Of a DNA stretch of 64,000 nucleotides, positions 53,927 to 64,000 are shown in pieces. Where the stretch lies: the NCBI GenBank assembly GCA_973851085.1, contig OZ316776.1, positions 12,090,001 to 12,154,000 on the forward strand. The letters run 5' to 3'. Numbering within the stretch: position 1 is the stretch's first letter; every line of letters starts with the position of its first letter. The DNA is from Ptychomitrium polyphyllum. Taxonomy: Eukaryota. The notes under the pieces are model-generated. The model was not told the origin of the DNA, did no database searches, and worked only from the letters and a program-made list of their open reading frames with translations. Position numbers and translations under genes: made by a program.

Positions 53927-56019
53927 GTAGCCGTTATAACGTTTTTTTAGTATTGTTGCTTTGCTTTTATAGTATGTCTTTTCATTCTTTGTTCTAAAGC
54001 TAGCCTACAAGTTTAATATTATTGTTAATAGTTTTTTTAATCTACACTATGGCGTTTGTAATCATGAGACTTAAAACTTCCTCATTTTCTTTGAGATTTA
54101 TTGGGTCTCTCCTTTTTAAAATCACATTTATAGCAACTATGCCTATGTGGAGGTAAGACTTTTGTCACACTCGCATGCTCTAAATTCTTTAAAAACTTCC
54201 CACCATGTAACCACCAAGTCCTTTCAAATGGTATTATCAATTTTTTTTCTTCTTTAATTTAAAGACCATCTTTCCACTAAGTATAGATTTTTTTAACCAT
54301 ACACTTAAAATTTCTATTATATTCAACATCTTTCATCAACCAAGAAAGTAGGTTTTTTATTTAAGTACAATCATTATATTCCTATGGCCTTAGTTGCTTC
54401 TTTGTACTTAAGAAGGCATTACAACTTCTTTGCATAATTTACTAATTTATTCTTTTATTATCTAATATTGTAACTAATTCATACTTAAATTCGCATTTGA
54501 CATCAAGATTTTCAACCAAGATCCTTTAAGCAATGATAAGATTGTACAAGCAAAAGATGACTAGCTCATTACAAGCTTAAAATAAAAAAGTATGTCAAAG
54601 TTAATATTTTAGATTTAAAAATGATAATTATAATATTTATATGTCTTATCTTTTTTTTAAGTGATAATATTGGAAAACAATAAGAATGTTTATGGCTGCA
54701 AGAACCATTAAGGTTGTTATTTACTATAATAATTTAGCTTTCTAAACATATTGTAAATAAAAAAAAATACAAGATTTTTAAACTACTTTTGTATGAAGGA
54801 GCAATGTTATGCTTGGAACGAATTATTTTAAACTCCTAATTTTAAATTCTATATAAATTATAAATATTAAAGCTTAAATTACTATACTTCAAAGATAAAC
54901 CTTATAAGGAAGGGAATATGTTCATTAGTTTTTAATCTCTATCTTTTCATCTTTTATTGCATACCATGATTCTATCTGCCAATTGGTCGCAAGGTTGTTT
55001 ATTTTGGATGTTCTAAGAGTTTTTAAATACTCATAGTAATGAACGGACATTTAAACCAGTCAAAACATTTATTTTAATAATATTCAAAAACTTGTTTGTA
55101 AATTTTAACCATTTTTCCAATTATTTTTATTTAAATAAAGAAATAGTAGCAATAAGAGCAATTAAAGATAGTAGCATAAGTAAGGTGATCTTATGCAACT
55201 TTTTGCAACCTTATACAATCTTTATGAGTGGTCTTGTATTAAAATCACTCTTAGAATAGATTATCTATTTTAATCTACGGTAACTACATTTGGAATAAAT
55301 CTCCTATTTTTGTGGAAACTTTCTATCTACTTGTTTCTAAACTTGTTTTTTATGTTGAATTTCAATAATAGACATAAGCATCTATTATTTTCTTCAATAA
55401 TTTTCTTCTATAATGGGCTAATCAAGCCAATCAGGTCTATATACTAGTAAAATCTAGTTTCAAATATCTTATTAAAGGATGCTACCAATTATTTTATTGA
55501 TATAGGGAACTCTTCTCTTTGCCTGGTTTTTGCTATTGTTGAATTTTTTTTCATATAATGACATGTATTCTTCTTGTTATTTTACATATAAATGTGATGG
55601 AGATGGAAATGTAATGTGCTTTAGTGATAGCAACATAATCTTTGTATTCCATGATGATTTTTAGAATTATCTATACGATACAGTCTAAAATTTGGTTTCC
55701 AAATGATTTTTTATATTGCCTATGTGTTACAATCTAAAATGAACTTCCTCTATATAAGGTTTAATAATTACATTTTGAAAGTTGAATGTTGAAGGATGAA
55801 AGTGCCAACTATTCTACCACCGGTTCCTCCTTCAAGGGCCCAACCACCATGGCCTCAGAAATGGTATGAAACACAGGAAGCTCCAAACAACTTTGCATGA
55901 GGCGAAGGTCAAAAGTGCATGAGAGAAGTCTGAGGAGCAGGTGAACGCTTTCCTGAAGAAAAACTTGTATTTATGTGGAAACTAGAAAGTTTAGAAACTG
56001 ACCCAATGAAGAAGATGAT

Positions 56020-57886
56020 GATGTGCGTACGTCGCAGTTGCAAAGAAAGTACTCCTTTGAGCCGCAGACTCGGACCCACTCCCAAGATCCAATCTTTAGC
56101 GTAGAAAAATGCACCCAAAACTAAACACAAAAAACTATCTTCGTTGTTGAGACTTCGGCCGAGCCCGGCCACAGACCAGCCTGAGTTTGGAGCAGATGCA
56201 GGTGAGGTTGTGGACGCCATAGCCTCGGGGCCCGTCGTCAGTGATTGACTCACTCACATCAAGCGGGTGAGACTAGTCAATCCTCAATTCTCTGGTTCGC
56301 TAATCTTGTGATCGCAACTGCCAGAAGCTCTATTCGTTGGAGGCGGGGACGGAGGGCGACGATTGTGGTTCGAGGAGTAACTTAAGCTTGTGGTGGTGGA
56401 CATGAGGTTTTAGGATTATTTGGGTCTGTTGTTTTCGGAGTACGAGCAGATGTTGATGAGGACTTGGGAGTGACAGATTGGCGAGTTGAGAGTTGATTCT
56501 GTGTCGTGCAATTATAAGTGGTGTCTGAGTTGTTAAGGAAAGTGGAAAGATTCCGCATTTTGAGTGTGGCTCAGTGTTTGCTGCGTGTTGCTCTTTCAGT
56601 CTTCGTTGCACTGAGTGTCTCGGAGACAGTCAATCGTGTCGATCGTGGATTCCTTCTTGTAGCATAACACGAGAAAATGCACTTACTTCATATTTGCCTT
56701 CTTAGTTTCTAGTCCTGAACCAAACCACAGCCTGGAATTGGCGGTGGGTTCTACTTGCAACAAGAGAGGTGAGAGAATTTATGAGCCGTGTTTGAGATTT
56801 TGGAGTTATCACAAATTTTTGGCTTTTCGACCTTTTGAAGGCCTTTCTTGTGGCGAAGACTTGATACAGATTTTCCTTGTGCGTGATCCAAAGGGGATGC
56901 TTCTAGTTACTACTGGTCTTTTGAATTGTGTAGAGTTTGATAGGTTTTCAAGGTATCTTTTTTGGTGCTAAAGTGGAATTAGTGAAGTACAAATGAGAGG
57001 AAGCAGGTGAGGAGAAGCATAAGGTAACCTTAGTAGAAATTTTGCAATTGATTTCCTCCTACACCATAGGAATTTATCGTTACCCACCACCTTTAAATCC
57101 CTTCTCTTATGTCAGTATTGAGTCCTTTTGAGCACAAGTATCAGGGAAAGTGTTTGGCCTACTCATTACAAAACCCTAGAAAGGATGAATTACCAAAACC
57201 ACTCTCCCTGCATTCTGCAAATGGACTAGAGATCTCTGGCAATTGCTCCTTCAGTCTGAGCATTTTGATCTTTCTTTGCAGAAAATATGCTTCAGAACTC
57301 ATTTATCATCTGCCTCATCTGCCAGACTTTTGTTATCATATTCTTTTTCTGGGTGTAATTCAGTTATTTTGTCTGCACGGAAATGTCAGGCTCAGAGATT
57401 TGAAGCTGGAGATTGCTGCTTAACTATGGCGTCAAATGTATGGCACACTTTCATGTCCCTCAGATTCTCAGGGTTTAAGCCCTATCTTGAAGCAGGGGCA
57501 GGATGGTTTGCTCAAGTGAAGGAGGCCATGAAGGTTTTGGTGAGGGTGTACAATCCCTTGACGAGTAATGGAAAGGCAACTTCGCCGCAAGTCAGGCATA
57601 AGATAAAAATGGTCAGCATGCACATGTCAATGGATGAGGTATCAAAGACATACAAAATCACTCCCATTCGTAGACTATAATGGCTACTAATTTCCATGTT
57701 TTGTATAGAGTAAGGACATACATGTTTCCAAATTGCTGCTGGGGTAGCATTTGTTTGTGTTTGGCCATGTCCTTCTATGCTTTCTTCATGGCAGGATACC
57801 CTAATAGCAATAGGATTATACTAGAGGTTGCCAAAAGGCAATTTCCTTTGAAATACAAACCAAAGGATCTGTGTTCTAGGGCTTAA
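56020..57886 (+). other. Candidate gene of unknown function in the inverted-repeat spacer (possible CDS starting at ATG 57426, MASNVWHTF...)
   Basis: CpG-retaining promoter/5'UTR-like island at ~56020-56650 with GGCCC motifs, then T-rich intron-like DNA and short ORFs (57426-57680, 57680-57886) with possible splice sites. No family recognised. Confidence 0.35.
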
Positions 57887-59535
57887 TCAATGATCCAGAG
57901 TGGGTGACAATATTCACCGGATCTGTGAAGCGTTTATAATGTACAATTTTGTGACTACCAACATTTCTTAATCAAAGAGATTGTGATCTACAATCATTTG
58001 TTATACATGAGCCCAGAAACAGTAACTGGTGTCTTTGGTTAGTTTTGTAGGTTCTCTTACAACTTTGAGTTATGTTTCAGCTTTGGCACTTGTCTTCTTG
58101 CAAAGTATATTTTGCTTGTTTTAATTAATTGCAGTCATTTGAAGGTCTTGCACAGAACTTGCTTTCAATTGTGTGAACACACATAACAAGCAACCATAGG
58201 TTGAAAATTTTACCATAAGATTAACTAAATTCTAAAGACCATGCTAAGTAGGGATTTATGTTTAGGTCATACCAATAGGAATGCACCCACATCCAATAGT
58301 GTTGGTAAGACTATACAACAAGCAATCCATATAATTTAAAGCAAGTGTAATCCAATGCTAATCTAAAACCAAAAACCTTGCAAGGTGTTAATATTTAATC
58401 TAACATACCAAACCAATAACCTACTTAGTGTGATATCTTATTGGATTGAAATAATCTGGTCCATTTATCAAATGCAAAAATATAGTTTATTTTTTTAAGT
58501 AACTGTAACTAAGTACTTTAATCATTTAGACTACAACAAAGACATGTACAACCTATACTACATCTTCAACCATGACATGGCAAAACTTAATACTTGCCAA
58601 AAAACTTGGAATAACATCACAAATACACATCATCTACAATCTTCATGAAATTCTCATGGTCATCTAAAACCTTTTATAGTTTGTTGATAACATCTATAAG
58701 CTTCAAGAACCTTTTCATAACTTCCAAAAAAATTAAGAAATTTTATTAGATTTGCAAAAATTTCTAATATCTTCTCATGGCCTTCTATAAAGGGTTCTAC
58801 AAGATATAGGCTTTATTTAATAAATAAGAAGCAAAATGAAATACAAACATTATTATTCATCTAAATACCAAATTATTTTATATGTTTTAAATTAATTAAC
58901 ATTCTAATTTTAAAGAATGTAAAGTAAATATGATGTATGTGCAAATTCATGTGCTTCTAATGAAAAGCAAATACAACCAATAAAATAGCAATATGATCAA
59001 TTTACAATTGTGATAATATGAATTCAAAACTTTCAAGCCTTAATAAAAGTTTAATATGGAAACTAAATACTTATTGGTATAGAAAACATGCCTACATAAA
59101 CTTTCACTTTACTTAACTAATATAATAATTTGAAATATCTAAATTTGCTTCATCTTTAACTTAGCATATGTGTCATCGCAATATTATATGATCTAGAATT
59201 CAATAACAATCAACTTCACGTTAAATACACTAAGTCAGTTATATACATCTATCAAGAAATTTTCTTCAATTAAATTTGTCAATGTTACAAGCAACAAGCT
59301 TCAATCAAAGTTTTAAACTAAACTTCTCAGAAATTTTCCAACTTAGGAGCAATTAATATGATTCTACCCACAAAATTATATATATATAGAACTGTAAAAA
59401 ACATATAGAACATATGTATGTTTCTTCTGAAACTTTACAACAAAAAAAACAATGAGACTAGAATGCTTCCGTGCCAACAGAGCATACTCAACAAATCAGA
59501 AATAACAATCACAATATAACCGAAAAATTAGGGTG

Positions 59536-62500
59536 CATCTCAGAACTTGACACCAACATCCAAACTTCCAGCATGTACCTCACAGCCATCTTACAAAACA
59601 GACACCAGTTTGGCTTGAAAAATGTCATCGTGCACATCTTTGTCGAATGGCAAAATTTGCTCCCAACCTTTGCAAGGGTGATATCGTTCGCGTACAACCA
59701 ATCATTGAAGGCCCCCGGAATAATGTCTACAGAAGCCGCTGCCACCCGCGATGCCTGCGGAAAGGCCCGCATCCCAACCGAAACAGCACTCGCCTAACAC
59801 TCCGCCGCACATGCAAATTCGCGACTCGCAGGAAAAATCACGCTTCAGGTCGCTTTGCCAAAAACTGTGCCCAGCACCAGAACACCATAACCATCGACCA
59901 AGGTCAAGCATACATTCAACCCCACGGCAGTGAGCGTTCTGTGGCAGAATCTGGAGCAACCGGACCATCTCGACAGCGTTGCCGACCGAGGCAGCCCATT
60001 CCATTAACGGTATAGTACAGGTATACTAGGAACTCCGATCAAGCTATACACTCCAAAATTGATGCCATATCTCCCACTTACTCTACGGAGCTCATCCGTC
60101 TAGCAGAGGATGCTCCACTCTCGATGCTAAGTACTCTCTGTACAATTAATCAGGTGCGCCCCGGAGGATTACCGCCGTGCGTAGCAGCAGCGCAATCCGA
60201 TCCACCAATTCGGAACCACACCAACTCTACCGTCTTCTGCGGTACACTTCAGGGTGACGAGGTTGACAAGGCACGCACGAGCCCAAAGGCTCGCAGATCA
60301 TATTGGCGGTGGGTTTCACCCGTTCGATTGAAGCCTCGGCTCAGGAGGGAAGTCGATGCGCATGAGGGAGTGATTCGCATCACTCTCGATTGACTCAACA
60401 TGGTTGATGAACGCGGAAGCTTCGTGGTTCAGATCACGGTCCCATGCTTGATGACAGCGTTCTTGCAGATCACTGTGATACCTGAACGGATGTAGAAGCC
60501 TTCGTCCGGCCTTGCAGCTTCAAAAACATTCTGCGCAAGATCGAACACGCAACCATCAGAATCTCTGCGACCGCAAAACCATGCGCGAGGTTCCACACGA
60601 AGGAATGGAAGACGACGCAGAAAAGAGCTTCCAGTCTTACATCGGTGTTGGCGATGACGACGTTGTTGCCGATCCTTGCGTTCTTGTCCACGATGCAATT
60701 CCTCAGCTTCGTGTTCTGCCCGATGCCCAGAGGCACCTTCCCTTCCTCCAGCAGAGCAGCGGCTTCGGGATCCGTTTCGTAGAAATCGTTTCCCATGACC
60801 ATGGCGCGCTTCACATCGCACCCGGACTCGAGCCTCGATCGGATTCCAATGATGGAATTCTCTACGCTGCAGTCCCGCAAGAAGCATCCGTGCGAGACGA
60901 TAGAGTCCTTCACCCTGCACTTCTCGATCTTCGTCGGAGGGAGGTACCGTGCCGACGTGTAGGTCGGCTTTACGGCGTCGTAGAAGCTGAACTTGGGCTG
61001 CTCGGCGGTCAGAGCCAGGTTAGCGTCGAAGAACGACTTGATGGTTCCGATGTCTTCCCAGTAGTCGTTGAACAGGTAGGCGTGCACGTTGAACTCCTTG
61101 GCTGCCTGGGGAATGATCTCCGAGCCGAAGTCGTTGGCCATGGGGTAGCGCCACCTCAACAGCTTGGTCAGGACGCTTTTCTTGAACACGTAGATTCCCA
61201 TGGATGCAATGTAGGGCTTCTTCTTTGCCTCCTGCGGTGACAGACCCAGCACGGCTGTGTCCACTTGCTGCACGACCACCAACCACAAGAGCGCGATCAG
61301 CTCAGCACCAAACGAGGGCTTCCAAAAGAATTCGAGCCATCCCCTCTTGAAAGTGCTGCAGCGGAACGAGCCCTTACCATAGATTGCAAGTCGTCTCCCT
61401 TGGGCTTCTCGTCGAAGAAGTTAATCCTGCCCTTGCCATCGATCTTCATCAACCCGTAGTCAGAAGCGCGGCTATCGTCCATGGGCACGCAAGAGACGGT
61501 CACATCAGCTCCGGAGTCCTTGTGCTTCTGCGTTTCGCACCAAAGAGCACGAAGATCCTCAGTAAAACAGATGATCGGAATTCAACCGAACTCGAGTTTA
61601 ACCTCTGAATTCCGAAACAGACAGCTCGTTCGCGGAAGACGGCGGTTACCTGGACAAAGTCTTGGTAATCCATCCGGTACAGGTGGTCTCCCGATAGAAT
61701 CACAACATCCTCTACGTCCTTGTTCTTGGCATCCTCCAACAACCACAGGTACTGTCTCACGGCGTCGGCAGTTCCTTCGAACCACCTCTCGCCTCCATGG
61801 CCAGGCCTCTGCGCAGCGGCCAAAACCTCCACGTACCCGTCTCCGAAGTTGCACCCGTTTCCGAAGTTGTAGGTGCGAGCAAGGTGGCGGTTGAGAGAGG
61901 TAGAATTGAACTGCGTCAGGACGTAGATTTTGTTGATTCCGCTGTTGATGCAGTTGCTCATGGGCACATCGATCAGTCGGTAACCACCTCCCAGCGGAAC
62001 CTGTCCACAGACCAGAAGCAACAGTTCAGCGTCGAGATTCCAACGAAAATCAGTCCAAACTGTCAATGCTCCAATGTCAGCTTGCCAGGAGAGCGAACAC
62101 CTCCTGACCGCAGTCGTCAGCGCTGATTCTCGGCCCCTGCAACTAGTTACAGACGGCTCAGCTGGATCGAGTTGAACCAATACTCACCGCTGGCTTCGCC
62201 CGGCGGAGGGTGAGGGGGTTGAGCCTCGTGCCTGCTCCACCTCCCAGAATGATAGAGAACACCTTCGTCATGTTCACCTGCTCTTTCGGCCCCTTCGTTG
62301 CTCTCTCGTGCTGCTCTTTTCGTGTTGCCTGCCCAGTCTGCAACCGACAACTTCCACATTTAAATCCAAATCCTGCGATGCGACCTCAGACAAGCTCCAA
62401 AGTAGAATTGCACCCATAGCGCCTCAGCCCCATCAAACCACGCCAATTCTTCCTACTCTCTGAACAGGGAATAGATCCGCTGCCGGCATGCGGGGTTGAT

Positions 62501-63983
62501 CGCAAAGTGGAGGACAAACAAGAGGTGAGTGGGGTGATCACCAGGGTCTCCATGGGGCGTTCGGCCAGGACGGCGGAGACCTCGACGGTGCTGCTCTTGG
62601 TTCGGGCGGCGGTGGGTTTGGGGCAGACATTGGCCTTGAGAGCCAAGCTGTCGCCCTTGAACCCCGCGGAGGACAGGCTCTTCTCGCCCTTCAAGCCAGA
62701 AGCCAGAGCTTCATGGCTGAAGCGAGCGGGCCTGCTGGCGGCGGCGCAGTAGCTGGTGGAGGCGAACATGCCTGCTGCTGCCATTGCAGCGAAGTTCTCA
62801 CTCTGCTCCTGTCGCGCGATCTACTGCTCGGCGGCCTGCCAACGCGCCTCTCTGCGAAGGAGCTCCACAAACCTGCACAGAGCAAGCCAAACGAAACGCC
62901 TCAGAAACTCCCGCCTCGATCGTGCAACCACCTCAATGGAAAACACCATGGCGGATCGCAGAAGGCGAAGCCTCAAATCGACTCCATCGAAAGAGAACCA
63001 ACCTCTCCCAATCCTGGCGTCCATGCATTGCATGCACCGCAAGCAAAACACCGTCTCCAGCAAAGAATTCCCATAAACAAAGCAACTGGAACCGTCGATC
63101 GTCAATGCCATGGCCGGAGCCATGCTCATCGCCGATACCTCACAACCACCCACTCGACTCCACAGACCACACCACGACCAGTTCCACAACCACCACGCTA
63201 CCAAACACAATCTCTCAACTCCACGCACCTTAGAACTGCGGGCTTTGGTGGTGCACGCAACCGAAGCGAGACTCCTCGAGGCTGCTGGCTGCAGGGAGAC
63301 GCCTCTCCGACAGGCACTCTAGGACAACAGTAATGTCGACGGATAAAGGGAAAACGCCGGGTACGCTGGACGCTCGATCCTTCCTCAATCTCGCTGCAAA
63401 TGCCCGCACGCTCTCCTCGTGCGAATTCCGGCGCTCTAATGGGCTTGCGTTGTGAGGGACTCGGGATGAACTGTGATGTGAGCTCCGCGCTCACTGCAAT
63501 GCTAAGCTCAGTGTTCTACGACGCTGGTGGTTCAATCGCGATCGGTGGGAGTCGCTGCTCAGTGCTCGCTGTGGTCCTCCACTGCGCCACTCCCTGTTCT
63601 ATAAATATGCGAGCTTGGGCTGCCAGGGCCGCGAGCAAGTGTGTCACAGGGCCCCGCACCTCCCTCGACCCTGCCTCCCTCCCTGCCTCAGAATTCACGC
63701 ACCATTTTCCATTACCGTTCGTTGCCAATTTGCCTACTTTAGCGTCCCCGGCCCATTTCCCAACACCGGCCTCCCAGTCGCCCATTCCCCTACGTCGCTC
63801 ATTCTCTCCCAGCCCTTCTATTTTTTGATATTTCGTCGCGTCGCTCTGCAGTCAAGCCGCCCTCTCCCATCTGGCACCCTCCGTCTTCCGTGCCAACTGG
63901 AACCTGGATGGTGCCACCCCTTGGTACCATAACGCAACACCAACCCTGCAAACCACACCCACCAATTCCTCGGCTTCACTAAA
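59536..63983 (-). repeat. Right arm of ~4.45 kb inverted repeat
   Basis: Mirror of 37621-42068; the ORF track shows paired mirror ORFs along the whole arm. Confidence 0.95.
60429..62784 (-). CDS. APL: ADP-glucose pyrophosphorylase large subunit, copy 2. Exons 62784-62542, 62337-62188, 62000-61650, 61527-61378, 61267-60641, 60530-60429
   Basis: Exact mirror of copy 1 (position = 101604 - x). Coding translations in the ORF track are identical; the one difference seen inside the gene is in intron 2 (39431/62173). Confidence 0.95.
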
Positions 63984-64000
63984 TACATGATAGAGTATAG

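Overview
AT-rich eukaryotic (plant) genomic DNA with one 100-N assembly gap. The gene style, the TE types and the near-identical inverted gene pair resemble a moss such as Physcomitrium patens; this is an inference, not verified. (1) Two intron-containing genes for a plastid ADP-glucose pyrophosphorylase large subunit (540 aa) lie tail-to-tail on the arms of a ~4.45 kb near-perfect inverted repeat (37621-42068 / 59536-63983). I found only 3 differences by eye, although the arms include promoter, UTRs and introns. The 17.5 kb spacer holds old decayed TEs and a weak candidate gene. (2) A decayed Gypsy element (~7561-22114, minus strand) is interrupted by a younger full-length Copia element (14988-20528; 408-bp LTRs, TATCA target-site duplication, half-tRNA-Met-type PBS). 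(3) A decayed chromodomain Gypsy (~46732-53926) is interrupted by a GC-rich solo LTR (50463-51607, ATGGC TSD). (4) The rest is a further solo LTR, microsatellites, dispersed AT-rich repeats, several CpG-depleted gene-like islands and a possible RecQ-helicase relic. The most notable signal is the palindromic gene pair, which appears to be homogenised by arm-to-arm gene conversion.
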